A DNA stretch of 64,000 nucleotides from the NCBI GenBank assembly GCA_918797485.1, contig CAKKNE010000005.1:2232001-2296000 (forward strand), written 5' to 3'. Made by a program: the position numbers and the translations under genes. The stretch's first letter is position 1. Every line of letters begins with the position of its first letter. The DNA comes from Pelagomonas calceolata (Eukaryota). Positions 31,270-41,584 of this stretch are shown piece after piece. A model generated the notes under the pieces. The model ran no database searches. It had not been told where the DNA came from and saw only the letters and a program-made list of their open reading frames with translations.

Positions 31270-33192
31270 TTACTTAAAATGACTATCACCGTTGAACGGC
31301 GTGGCGTGCCGCCGCTCCTGGTACGCGTGGTTATCGACGGCCCAGAAGGCCGGCTGCTCGCGGCCCGGGCCCCGCGTGTGCGGCGTGTAGTCCGGCTTCT
31401 GAGATAACAAGTCGCGGTACTTGTGCTTCATGCGTGCGAGAATTCGCCCGTTATCTTTTCGGGGGAAGGGGCTCACATGAGGCCGTTGGGCGGAGTAGCC
31501 CACGGAGGAAGCGAGGTCGCGGTAGACGGCAGATTGAGCAGTTGTGGGCACGCTGCCCGGCGTTTTGGGAACCGCGCCGCGAAGCCGGCTCTCGGGCCGC
31601 GCCAGCATACGTATTTTTGGGTCGAGCGAGTCGGCGTACAGAGCCGTCGCCGCGGCCGACGTCGCCCGGTGCCTATTACCAACCAGCGCCGCGCGATGGT
31701 ACGAAATCTCGGGCACGCGGTGGCGGTCCGAGTGGACCTCCACGGCCTCGCCGACGACGAGGGGCACCTTATCCACCGAAGCCCCCGTCCGCCGCCTCAG
31801 GAACCGCGCGGGCACGCGCGTCTCCGTCCCGCCCTCATCATATGTGACATCATATTCTTGATCCTCCCGGACATGTATAATGGTCCCCTCGAAAGTATGA
31901 TAGCGGTGGTGGCCGACGAAGACCGGCGCGTTGAACTCGCCCGCATCGATAATCTCGCTCAAGGTTGCTAGGCCTTGCTGTAATAGAGCTCTACCCTCCT
32001 CCAATATGAGGTAGGCGTAGGTCCTTGACAAAATATCATCTACGGATCTTTTTACAGCTAAAACCACGACTGGTAGTAGAGCGCCATTGACACGAATATC
32101 TTTGACGCGCTTCCTGCGCGCCGTCGTAACCAGGTCCGTCTTGACGTGCCCGAAGGCCGCCAGACATTCGGCGTAGAGTTGGTCATGATTCTCTTCGTCG
32201 TGGGCGCCGTGGCGCAAATAACCACTTCCAGAGCCCCTAAACGCTGGATAGATGACGCTCCAATACACCAAGTGGACGCTCAATCCGATAAGTCTTGCAG
32301 AAGCTTGCGTGCCGAGCACCTTTTCCAACGTCGCCCGCTCGTGGTCGTCGTAGGCGCCCCGCGGAATGGCTTCGACGAACGTAGTCAGGGTGCCCTCGAT
32401 GTCCTTGTAGTCGCATTGTGGTGGATCGAGGAGCTCCTCGCCCGGCGCCGGCGCCGGCGCTTGACCGGCGAAGAGCCCGTCGAAATCCTTGGGCACGGCG
32501 TCGGACAGCCACGACGCGGCGTCGTCGAGGGATACCGATTGAGTGGCCTTGACCATGGGCCGGTCTCCCACGGGCGCCGCGGGGGCCTTCGCCTCGAGGC
32601 GCGGGGGCTCCTCCTTTGGCAATCGCGCGTCCGCGGCGGCCCAGATGACGGACGCGTCCGCGGAACTTTCAGAAACGGGCGGCGCCAGCCAGGTCAGCCG
32701 CTCCTGCGTCTTCTGTTGTCCTTCCACCGACCGGCACCCGCCCGGCTTCGTATCGCGATCGAACGGTCTGAGAGAAGGTCCCCGCCGCCCCCTCGGATTC
32801 GCCCGGTTCATCTGCCGCCGCAGCTCCCGCCCCGCCGGACCCTTGAACAACGTTTGGGGCGCGAGCTTGTAAGCCTCGGAGATGCGCACATCATCAGAAA
32901 CGGTGGGGTAGGGGCCGGGGCCCCGGTCGTATCTATCAAAATCGTGGGGCGTCGGGCTCGCCGGCGGCGTCGAGGGTGGTGTGACGAGGTCTTTGTTGGC
33001 CCGGAAGGTGCCCACGGGCGCGAGCACCGAGGTCCGCACCTCGGGAACGTGCGAGAAGCTCGCGACGGCGGCGCGGCCGTGGGTGTCCGCGTCCGTCAGG
33101 TTCGCGGCGGCGCTGCGGTAACGACGTTTGGTGATCTGGTGGTTTGTGACGGAGTTGGCCGTGTGGCTGAGGAAGCGGGCGTCCTCGCGCAT
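31270..33192 (-). CDS. Hypothetical protein with a Tudor/Agenet-like domain (start uncertain)
   Basis: Long ORF; GTIIHVREDQEYDVTYDEGGTETRVPARFLR. Confidence 0.6.
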   Translation of the reverse strand: MREDARFLSHTANSVTNHQITKRRYRSAAANLTDADTHGRAAVASFSHVPEVRTSVLAPVGTFRANKDLVTPPSTPPASPTPHDFDRYDRGPGPYPTVSDDVRISEAYKLAPQTLFKGPAGRELRRQMNRANPRGRRGPSLRPFDRDTKPGGCRSVEGQQKTQERLTWLAPPVSESSADASVIWAAADARLPKEEPPRLEAKAPAAPVGDRPMVKATQSVSLDDAASWLSDAVPKDFDGLFAGQAPAPAPGEELLDPPQCDYKDIEGTLTTFVEAIPRGAYDDHERATLEKVLGTQASARLIGLSVHLVYWSVIYPAFRGSGSGYLRHGAHDEENHDQLYAECLAAFGHVKTDLVTTARRKRVKDIRVNGALLPVVVLAVKRSVDDILSRTYAYLILEEGRALLQQGLATLSEIIDAGEFNAPVFVGHHRYHTFEGTIIHVREDQEYDVTYDEGGTETRVPARFLRRRTGASVDKVPLVVGEAVEVHSDRHRVPEISYHRAALVGNRHRATSAAATALYADSLDPKIRMLARPESRLRGAVPKTPGSVPTTAQSAVYRDLASSVGYSAQRPHVSPFPRKDNGRILARMKHKYRDLLSQKPDYTPHTRGPGREQPAFWAVDNHAYQERRHATPFNGDSHFK

Positions 33193-33372
33193 GGTTGCCC
33201 AGGTTCCCGGAGAGCCCCAGGTGGTAGCGTCTCCGAGGGGCAGCCCTCTTTGCCCAGGCGGTGCGTGGCTGGGTGACGGTAATAGAGCAGTGCTCCCGCG
33301 TGTCGCAGGCAGCGTCGTGGAGCCCCGGTTGGTCCGTGACAGCAAGCTGCTCTCGGGGCGCTGCGACTTTAA

Positions 33373-33394
33373 CTAGCGGCTGTAACACACTAGC
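33373..33394 (+). promoter_or_regulatory. Recurrent intergenic motif, copy 5
   Basis: CTAGCGGCTGTAACACACTAGC, ~60 bp upstream of COQ2. Confidence 0.6.
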
Positions 33395-33456
33395 AAACAA
33401 GCGGCGTCGAGCAATCGTGTTCAGTGTCCGCATTGCTGCAAATAGCCGCTGAAAGC

Positions 33457-34479
33457 ATGTTCCGACATGCCGTCGCGACTGCGGTAAGACGCCGTGCGAG
33501 CCATGCCATCGCTGCGACCCGTGCGGGCCCGCCACGCCAAGGCCAGGCCTGCCGCTGCCTCGCCACGACGCCGCCGACGCCGCCGCAGCCGAAGCGAAGC
33601 AAGCCCGAAGCGCTCTTAGCACTGGCGCGCGTCGACGCGCCGGCCGGCACGCTGCTGCTCTACTGGCCGGGCGCGTGGTCCATCGCGCTCGCGGCGCCGC
33701 CCGGCGCCCTACCTGATATGAAACTCCTGGCTCTATTTGGCGCCGGCTCCGTAATCATGCGGGGCGCCGGCTGCACCATCAACGATATCCTAGACAGAGA
33801 CGTCGACGGCGCCGTCGAGAGGACAAAAACCAGACCGCTCGCCGCGAACGAACTAAGCGTGCAAGAGGCGACGGCGTTCCTCGCGGTGCAACTGACCTGC
33901 GGCTTGGGTGTGCTGACGCAGCTCGACTTGTCTTCCATAGCTCTGGGGGCGTGCTCCGTGCCTCTGGTATTAACGTATCCATTGGCCAAGAGGTTCTTCG
34001 CGATGCCTCAATTAGTGTTGGGCTTGACCTTCAACTGGGGCGCGTTGCTGGGCTACTCTGCGGCCACGGGAGGCACGGTGGATTACGGCGTGTGCCTGCC
34101 CTTGTATGGTGGGTGCGTCGCTTGGACTCTATTGTATGATACCCTGTACGCGCACCAGGATAAAACGGACGACGCCAAACTGAAACTGCGGTCGTCGGCA
34201 TTAACAATAGGTGATCAAAATACGCCTATGTTTCTTCGTGTTTGTGGTGTCGCGACGGTAAGCGGCCTCGGCCTCGCGGGCTACACTGCGGGTTTCAATG
34301 ATGCGACGGCGTGGCCCTTCTACGCGTCGCTCGCAACCTTCGCGGCCCACCTCGCCTGGCAGGTCGAGACGGCTGAATTGGATAACCCGGCGAACCTCGG
34401 CGCGCGGTTCCGGAGCAACGGCGCGATCGCGCCGGTCGTGTTGCTTGGCGTCGCGGCGGCGACGCTGAATAGCGCCTAA
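33457..34479 (+). CDS. COQ2: 4-hydroxybenzoate polyprenyltransferase, mitochondrial (UbiA family)
   Basis: MRGAGCTINDILDRDVDGAVERTKTRPLA, LGLTFNWGAL, YDTLYAHQDKTDD; Arg/Ala-rich presequence. Confidence 0.95.
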   Translation: MFRHAVATAVRRRASHAIAATRAGPPRQGQACRCLATTPPTPPQPKRSKPEALLALARVDAPAGTLLLYWPGAWSIALAAPPGALPDMKLLALFGAGSVIMRGAGCTINDILDRDVDGAVERTKTRPLAANELSVQEATAFLAVQLTCGLGVLTQLDLSSIALGACSVPLVLTYPLAKRFFAMPQLVLGLTFNWGALLGYSAATGGTVDYGVCLPLYGGCVAWTLLYDTLYAHQDKTDDAKLKLRSSALTIGDQNTPMFLRVCGVATVSGLGLAGYTAGFNDATAWPFYASLATFAAHLAWQVETAELDNPANLGARFRSNGAIAPVVLLGVAAATLNSA

Positions 34480-34735
34480 TTTTGTTGGTTGTTGTGTAAA
34501 GACGTCTGCTTCGTCCGACCGGGCGCCAGCCCGCACGGTGGCCACCTGTTGCGCAGCAGAGCGCTTTGATCGCTTGTGAGGCGCCGTGGCGGCGATACCT
34601 GTGCTTTCGAACGCGGCGGCGTCGTCATCTCGACGCCATCGAGCAGCCGCGGTGCCTGGACCATCGCAGGGCAGCCCCGGCGCACTGCACAAAAAGTATT
34701 GCAACCAGCTGTGCCACGCTCAAAGGCAGCAAGCG

Positions 34736-36856
34736 ATGGCCGCGCCCGTCCGGCGCATGACGAGCGTCTTCCTCCACGCGTCCTGGGACGAGGACGAGGA
34801 GTACGCCTGCTGCCCCGTCATTAAAGATTGTGGTGCCGCAACTTTACGACATTTACTCAAAGAATACATTGGTGAAAGAAACGTGAATAAACTACGAACA
34901 ACAGCACAACTCCGCGCCGCCGCAAAAAAATGCAAGTTGCACGAACGCAAGCTGAAAGGCGCGGATGCGTTGAGGCATCGCGCCGGCATTGTGGTAAGCA
35001 TGCTCAGTCGGCTTGAGAGAAGAGCCCCGGACGCGAGGGCAGCGCTCACAAATGCAACATTGGAAAGGCGGGGCCAGTGGGTCGTCGTCACGAAGGCCGA
35101 CCACGAAAAAAAAGAAGAACATAAAAGTGTCAACGCCGCCGAGAAATTAGAGCATCAACTCGAGGAGAAGGTCAAGAAGGCCGTGCAGACGCGGGCTGAG
35201 AAGCGGAAAGCGTTCTTGGTGGCGAACCAGAAGGCCGCTTCTGCTGGGAGTGCTATTTCTGCAGTTGATGGACATGATACGTTGCTGGCTACTTTTGAAG
35301 CGACGGAAAAAGCGGTAGACGTCGCCTTTCGGAAAAGAAAACCGATTACCTTTCGCATGGCGCCTTTCTACTCAGGCTGGGTCGAGGCCCAAGGTTTGTT
35401 GATCGACGGGGTCCGATATTGCGTCTTGGCTTACGGTTCTTTGGCCTTGTTCGATCGGGAAGCGGCGCCTCGCAAGAAATTAGCATCCCTAAAATTGCAT
35501 GGGGCCGTAGTGGAGCCTAAACCATCAGATCTGGAGAGAAATGCGCGCGTCGAAGTCAGAAGAGGCAACCGGCGCATTACATTGAGGCCGCCGCCCCACG
35601 GCTCCAAGTACCACAAGAAAGCCGCGGCGTTGGTGGACATGGCGGCCATATTGATCGTGGCCATCGGCCACGCCAACGGCAGCCCGGACATCAAAGAGCT
35701 AGAGGTGTTCCGGCGCAAGGGCGCGGCCGACGACACGGCGGCCATGCAGCCCACGCTCAAATCAAATGTATCAACGCCGACGACGCCCATGGTCCGCATC
35801 CGCGCGCCGTCGCCCTCCATAGAGTCGGCGCACTCCGCGCCGGCGACGCCTGCGACGCCCGCCGCGGCCGACGTCGTCGACGAGATTTTTAGGGACCGCG
35901 GGATCGAGCATCACGAGATCGGGCGCGACGCGGCGCCGCCGCCGGCCCCGGCCCCGGCCCCGGCGCCCGCGCCCGCGCCCGCGGCCAAGCCGCCGCCGGC
36001 GGCCCCGGCGCCGGCACCCGCGCCCGCGGCGAAGAAGCGCAATAGCTGGTTTGGGAGCAAGGCGAAGCCCAAGCCCGCGCCGGCGCCGGCGCCCGCCCCA
36101 GCGAAGAGCTCGTTCTGGGAGGCTCGTAAACGAACGCCGGCGCCCGCGCCCGCCCCGGCCGCGGCGCCCGACGCCGCCGCCTTCCTGGCCGGCGCGCTCG
36201 ACAAGGCGCCGTCACCCGTGGCGCGCGAACCCATCGGTAAGACGGCCGCCGCGGACGACGTCGAGGTGCGGCTGAAGGCCCTGCAGAAGCTCGAGGCGTC
36301 GATCGACGTGATCACGACGACGGCGATGGGCGCCAAGGTCGACAAGGCTTTACAGGCTTTTGGGGGAGGGTCCCCGGATCCCAGAGTCCAGGCGACGGTC
36401 GCGCGGATCCGTACAAAGGCCGCCGCGAAGGATGTTAGCGCCGGCACGAAGGCATTGAGACGATTGAGACGGCGGCACAAGCTCAAACAGGGCTGGGCGC
36501 GGCTCCGCCCGCCGCGCTGGGACTCGACGGACGAGGATGATGTGTTTGCGCTGCAGGCGCCCGCGACGACGCCCGTGGCCATGAAAGTGAAGGCGTCGCC
36601 GGATCCGACGCCGGAAACGCCGCCCTTCGTCGCGCCGTTTCCGGGGCAGACGCCCTCGCCCAACCGCAAGATCGTCCGGCGGCTCGTGCGACGCGTGGTC
36701 TCGGCGTCGAAGGACGGCGTCGAGGTCGTGATCGTCGACGGCAAGCGCATGCGGCGCGTGGTCCGGCGCGTCGGCGACGCCCCGAGTAGTGGTGGGAAGC
36801 GCGTCCGGCGCGTGCGCGTCATTAAAAGGAGGCGGTCGTTCGAGGCGGTGCACTAA
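34736..36856 (+). CDS. PH-domain-like protein with Pro-Ala repeats
   Basis: YSGWV...RYCVLAYGSLALF...SLKLHGAVVE; long (PA)n tracts. Confidence 0.65.
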   Translation: MAAPVRRMTSVFLHASWDEDEEYACCPVIKDCGAATLRHLLKEYIGERNVNKLRTTAQLRAAAKKCKLHERKLKGADALRHRAGIVVSMLSRLERRAPDARAALTNATLERRGQWVVVTKADHEKKEEHKSVNAAEKLEHQLEEKVKKAVQTRAEKRKAFLVANQKAASAGSAISAVDGHDTLLATFEATEKAVDVAFRKRKPITFRMAPFYSGWVEAQGLLIDGVRYCVLAYGSLALFDREAAPRKKLASLKLHGAVVEPKPSDLERNARVEVRRGNRRITLRPPPHGSKYHKKAAALVDMAAILIVAIGHANGSPDIKELEVFRRKGAADDTAAMQPTLKSNVSTPTTPMVRIRAPSPSIESAHSAPATPATPAAADVVDEIFRDRGIEHHEIGRDAAPPPAPAPAPAPAPAPAAKPPPAAPAPAPAPAAKKRNSWFGSKAKPKPAPAPAPAPAKSSFWEARKRTPAPAPAPAAAPDAAAFLAGALDKAPSPVAREPIGKTAAADDVEVRLKALQKLEASIDVITTTAMGAKVDKALQAFGGGSPDPRVQATVARIRTKAAAKDVSAGTKALRRLRRRHKLKQGWARLRPPRWDSTDEDDVFALQAPATTPVAMKVKASPDPTPETPPFVAPFPGQTPSPNRKIVRRLVRRVVSASKDGVEVVIVDGKRMRRVVRRVGDAPSSGGKRVRRVRVIKRRRSFEAVH

Positions 36857-36950
36857 TTCAATGAATCTATCTATCCGAGAGAGAGAGAGTCACTTATTGA
36901 ACCCACACCCCGGTAGTACGGACCCCGAACGCTTCGCCACCGTATCCATG

Positions 36951-36973
36951 CTAGCGGCGTGTAAGACACTAGC
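36951..36973 (+). promoter_or_regulatory. Recurrent intergenic motif, copy 6
   Basis: CTAGCGGCGTGTAAGACACTAGC. Confidence 0.6.
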
Positions 36974-37418
36974 ATTACAGCCTACAGCAAGCTCAAGACG
37001 AATCGCTCAGGCTTTGAGTGGAGTCTCGGCGTGTTCTGCTTGTGTTGACGATGCCCGATCTTGATGATCTCATGGCGGCCGTCGTAAGTGGGGCCCTCTC
37101 GGAGGTTGAAATGGCTCTCGACGCTGGTGATACTCCATCGACGCGGAGCGGCGGCGCTGGAGGGCGCCCGAGAAGCTGCGTCTTATTGCCGCCATTGCTA
37201 GCGTTTTGCGGTTATTGTGTGGCCCCGCCTTTCGTGCGGTATCGCGTGCGCGCCGCGGCGTCGTATCTCGAATTTCCAATCTCAGAGTGCCAAGTTGACC
37301 GCCCGGCGTCGGGTTCTCGGGAGGGTGCTCTCTTACCCAGATAAGTGCGAAACGTAAACTGGCGCCCGCGAGTGGCCGTACACAGAGCGCTTCAGCGGCA
37401 TACGAGTAGTTTGTACTT

Positions 37419-37441
37419 GCTAGTGTCTTACATACCGCTAG
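37419..37441 (-). promoter_or_regulatory. Recurrent intergenic motif, copy 7
   Basis: Reverse complement CTAGCGGTATGTAAGACACTAGC. Confidence 0.6.
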
Positions 37442-37629
37442 CTGGAAAATATAAAGCGGGCGCCTCGAAGGATTCACACGAAAAGGCGCCTTACAGCGTC
37501 CTTCGTACACGAGAGCCAGCCAGCAGCCCGCCAGGGCTCACCAGAATCGAGATCTAGGCAACTCGACGCTGTCGACGCGCCCCAAACCAGCGGAGAGCCA
37601 AGGAAGCTTCGAGTAGCATTACAAAAAAG

Positions 37630-38685
37630 ATGACGACGCAGCGCACACCCAATCCACGTAGAATGTCCGGCGGCCTCCACAAGTCTCCGGCCGGCCCCTC
37701 ACCCTTCAAGAAGAAGGTCGACGTCCTCAAAGAAGCCGCCGACCGCACGCCGGGCATGGCCGGCACGCTCATAAAGACGTTCGCACCCGTAATAGCAGGC
37801 GTAGTGGTGATCTCGGAATTCGCAGCCCCGTACCTCATCATGCTCTACTACTTTGGAGTGGCGTGCTGGCAGTGGGCCGACAAGCACGGCGGCCAGCCCA
37901 TCAAGATATGTGTGGGGCTGTTCATGTGCTTCTGTGGGGGTGCGTTTCCGGCCGTCATCACCGCCGTCGAGGCGTACAGACAGATCGGCTTCGAGCCGAC
38001 GAAGCGAGCCCTGAAAGTGCTCTTCGACGACTTCAAGAAGGTGCAAGAGGCGCACAAAAAAGACGACCAGGACGATTCCAATAGGGACGGCAAGGCCGAC
38101 GTCGACTCACTGACAGCTGGAGAACTCGTGGAGCGCAAAGTTTTGCTGTTCCTACGTACGAGCGACCCCGAGCAGACATCGAGAGCCATGTCCGCGATCA
38201 CGTCGGGCTTTCTCGCGGTGTTAGCCTCCCTCAAGATCAAGTTCGCCCAGGCTATTGTGGTCGGTGGGGCCATCGGCGACGTGCTGAGACCTCCAGTAAG
38301 AAGAGCCATGGAACCATTCCTCAAAAAAGCTCTCACGGAGGACTACCACAAGTGGATCCGGCCGGGCCTGAACTACGCGTGCAAGCTCGTGGCCGTTTCT
38401 ATCGCGTGGACGCTGCAGCGCATCATCAGCGCCTTCCACTCGGCCGTGAGAGGCGGCCAGATCGCGGGCGACGCGCTGGTCGTGATGCTGAAGAACGCCG
38501 GTATTCTCAAGCACGGGCCCCACGACTCCTTCGCGGACGAGGTCGTCGGCTACTTGCTCGCCTTCTTTGGTTTGGCGACGCAGATCAAGCACGGGTTCAA
38601 CCTTCCGTTTCCCGCGAATCTCCTTCTCGTGCCTGTCTCCTTCGTCGAGGTCGGGCTGCGGTGGTGCGTGCACGCGGACCTCTAA
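37630..38685 (+). CDS. Membrane protein with a D-x-N-x-D-G-type loop
   Basis: Several hydrophobic segments; DDSNRDGKADV; SIAWTLQRIISAFHSAVRGG. Confidence 0.7.
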   Translation: MTTQRTPNPRRMSGGLHKSPAGPSPFKKKVDVLKEAADRTPGMAGTLIKTFAPVIAGVVVISEFAAPYLIMLYYFGVACWQWADKHGGQPIKICVGLFMCFCGGAFPAVITAVEAYRQIGFEPTKRALKVLFDDFKKVQEAHKKDDQDDSNRDGKADVDSLTAGELVERKVLLFLRTSDPEQTSRAMSAITSGFLAVLASLKIKFAQAIVVGGAIGDVLRPPVRRAMEPFLKKALTEDYHKWIRPGLNYACKLVAVSIAWTLQRIISAFHSAVRGGQIAGDALVVMLKNAGILKHGPHDSFADEVVGYLLAFFGLATQIKHGFNLPFPANLLLVPVSFVEVGLRWCVHADL

Positions 38686-38841
38686 GGACCCTTCTTTGTT
38701 CATCTGACTCTCGTCGCGGCGACGGCGTGGGGGGTCTCTACCACCCGCTGTTCACGTGACTTGGCCCGTCGCGGCGAGGCATGGCGAGGACCCCTATTCC
38801 ACCAAACGCCGTCGACGCGAGGCAAAATCACATCACTAGTC

Positions 38842-40038
38842 TTAGTCGGGCGTCGGGAGCCCCGCCGCGGCGAGCTTTTCCCGCATGGCCTGTAACTTCG
38901 CAGCCTTCCTGGCAGCCTCCGCAGCTTCTGAGTCGGCCTCGTCGGCCTTCGCGAGGCCTGCGGCGGCGAGCTTTTCCTGCATCGCTTTCAATTTCGCGGC
39001 CTTTCTGGCCGCCTCTGCAGCCGCGGCGTCGGCCTCGTCGGGCTTCGCGAGGCCGGCGGCCGCCAATTTCGCCTGCATGGCGGCCAGCTTCGCTGCCTTG
39101 CGTTCCTTCTCCGACGGTTCCGCGACGACGACCTCCTCCTCCGCGTCCTCCTCGCAGTCGCTAAACTCGAGCGCGGCGAGCGTCGCGGGAACACCGGAGA
39201 CGGTCACGGCGTCGCCTATCTTCAGATTTGCCTTCCGTTCAATAAACGCGAGGCCGTTTTTACCATTCACAGAAGTCAGGACGCCCTCCCCGAAAGCCGT
39301 GCCGGGTCTGAGATCGACTTCTTCCTCAAAACGTAAACCGCGCAGCCGGCACCTTAAGGACGGCGCCTTCCGTCTTTTACCGACGAGCTCCGCGCCCAGG
39401 TAGCACTTGCCCTCGGCGCACGCGAAGGCGAGGCCGCTCTCGAGGGGACCACAACTCTCCAGTAATTTGCTGTCGTACGATGTACTGAACTCGAAGCCGG
39501 ACCGCGGCCGGCCCTTCTCGACTCTAGCCCGCTCCCAGGCGTCAATTGTACCATCGTCGGCATTTGTAATGATGCGGCCGCCGGCTTCTCGCAGCGACGT
39601 GCCGCCCAACGCCCATACGTCGTCGTTGTGGTACACTGCGGTCGGTTCCAATGATAGCGCCGTGTCGGCGAGCGCGTCGGCGACGGCGTCACCATGCAAC
39701 ACGTCGAAGACCGCCGCGTCTTTCTCTGTGAATGTTACATCCTCGATGACCCTCCGCTTCTCGAGCTCGCGGACGACGGTCGATACGTCCTCGCAGAGCA
39801 GGAGCCACTCTTCCTGGCAACGTGCTATTGTTATCAGGTCCGTCAGCGTCGACTGGCCCGTCAGGAGGCAGGCGTCGACGTGTCTGTTCGGTCGTAGCGT
39901 GCTCACGTCCGCGCTCAACATCGCGTGCAGGAAGGCGCCGGCGTCCTTGCCGGTCACCTTCAAGGGTGTCAGTGGAGTCCTACGGAGGACTACGGCGGTG
40001 GCGAGCGCCGGATACAGCAGTAGGAGCCGCCGAGCCAT
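38842..40038 (-). CDS. GcvT/YgfZ-like folate-binding protein with signal peptide and repeated C-terminal tail
   Basis: LKVTGKDAGAFLHAMLSADV; WERARVEKGRP; KCYLGAELV (YgfZ-type motif); three ARKAAKLxAMxxKLAAAGL-type repeats. Confidence 0.8.
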   Translation of the reverse strand: MARRLLLLYPALATAVVLRRTPLTPLKVTGKDAGAFLHAMLSADVSTLRPNRHVDACLLTGQSTLTDLITIARCQEEWLLLCEDVSTVVRELEKRRVIEDVTFTEKDAAVFDVLHGDAVADALADTALSLEPTAVYHNDDVWALGGTSLREAGGRIITNADDGTIDAWERARVEKGRPRSGFEFSTSYDSKLLESCGPLESGLAFACAEGKCYLGAELVGKRRKAPSLRCRLRGLRFEEEVDLRPGTAFGEGVLTSVNGKNGLAFIERKANLKIGDAVTVSGVPATLAALEFSDCEEDAEEEVVVAEPSEKERKAAKLAAMQAKLAAAGLAKPDEADAAAAEAARKAAKLKAMQEKLAAAGLAKADEADSEAAEAARKAAKLQAMREKLAAAGLPTPD

Positions 40039-40210
40039 GGCTGCTCTCCTTGCAGGCTCTCCCAAGCAATGACACAGCGCTCGATCTTGCGCTCGTTCTT
40101 GCAGCGCTGCGGCCGTAGCAGCTTAGGAGCAGCTCTGCTGCTGCGACGGAGAACTTTTGCTCGCTCGATGGCGCCGTACACTACTGCTCTTTTGGTTTGG
40201 TGGCTTGTTT

Positions 40211-40232
40211 GCTAGTGTCTTACAGCCGCTAG
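40211..40232 (-). promoter_or_regulatory. Recurrent intergenic motif, copy 8
   Basis: Reverse complement CTAGCGGCTGTAAGACACTAGC. Confidence 0.6.
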
Positions 40233-40381
40233 ATAGAACGGGTGGCGTGCAGGGTTGAGTGAGCTGTGAGAGAGAGAACGTGATGTAGACTTATGTCAGA
40301 GAGGCCCCGGCGCAGAGGAGCGATTTTGTTGTTTTGTTTTTGGGGGAGTATATGGTGCCGGGGCCCGCGGGCGAAGCCCCT

Positions 40382-41151
40382 CTAGTGGCCGCCGTACTCG
40401 TCGTCGAGGTGCTGCGGCAACTCCTCGATCACCTTGAGCTGCCAGGCCTGGTACTTGTCGTTGCCGTCACAAATAGCCGTCTCGATGACATCTTCGTTCA
40501 CCGAGCCCGTCGCCGCGAGGCAGAGGTTGCCCTCGAAGTTGTCCTGGGCCATCTTGAGGTTGGCGTTGTACTCGGGCGCGTGCATGTAGAGGATGTTCTG
40601 CGAGTCCCAGGTCGGCGAGCCACACGTCTTGAGGACGAAGCGCTTGCCGGCGGTGGCCGCGGGCGGGGTGGGCGCCGTGTCGTCGTCCGTGCCCCAGGCC
40701 GTGACCTGTGTGGAAATCAAATTTCGGACGCCCCACGCCATCGACGCGACGTTATTTCCACACAGGTCGTGACGCAGAGCCAGTCGCCGGCGGTGGTCTG
40801 GTACTTGATGTGGCCCATGTCGTTCGTCTGCTCGTAGAGGAACTCCTGGCCGATGTGCTTCGAGTCGTCGCAGGTGTAAATCACGAGCGGCGAGCCGACG
40901 GTCGCCTTGTTGTGGTTCTTCACGCCCAGGCACGAATTCGTACCCTTCATCTGGAAGTAGGCCTTCTCGTTTCCCCACGTGTTATCCGACGAGTCGAGCG
41001 TCATGGCGCGGCGAACGGCCGGGACGGAGGCGGCGACTGCTGCCGACGCGAGGCAGAGGACGGCGACGGTCGTCGCGGCGAACTTGCGCTGCTTCGGGCG
41101 CGCCTCGTCAAGGAGAGGGGTCTGTTCGGGGATCGTGCTGAAAGAGGCCAT
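40382..41151 (-). CDS. Ricin-B (beta-trefoil) lectin-like protein with N-terminal membrane anchor, 2 exons (41151-40774, 40705-40382)
   Basis: CLGV...LVIYTCD...QEF; LCV...LKTC; LCLAA...TAICDGNDKYQAW. Splicing out 40706-40773 restores WLC|VTAWG. Confidence 0.8.
40698..40773 (-). mobile_element. Introner-type miniature DNA transposon (body 40706-40765) forming intron 40706-40773
   Basis: TIRs CTGTGTGGAAAT / ATTTCCACACAG; minus-strand TSD GTCACGAC / GTCACGGC; interior nearly identical to 10986-11055. Confidence 0.9.
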
Positions 41152-41584
41152 GGTCTTTTGTGGTCTTCGTGTATTACGGGTCCTGCGTTATGTGGTGTTA
41201 CGCGGCTTACGCCTTGCGGCGGCGTCGCGTCGAAGACGATTGTGTAAAACGAAACAATTGAAAGCCTGGCGGTCTCTCGCGTCGATTGGCGGCGTCGACG
41301 ACGCGACGAGAGTCTCACGAAGCTCGCTGACGCCCGCTGTCCCTCGGTTTCGCAAGACAGCTGCTGCAAAGGTTTAAAAAAAGCGCCGCTCGGCGCGCGG
41401 CGGCCGTTTTTCTCGCGTCGTTGCGGTACCGTTGATATACTGAAGGTGTGACGTAACTATATGACGCAGGCGCGTTGCGGTCGGCAAGATATATTTATCT
41501 CTCTGGAGCATGCCTGAGAGTTCCTATTATTCGCAAGCGCGGCGCGAGCTCAACGATGGACAAAGAAAACACATCGCCCCAGAC

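Noticed and set aside
35940..36170. GC-rich tandem repeats (also near 42070-42195 and 58130-58210)
   Set aside because: They encode Pro-Ala linkers inside CDSs.
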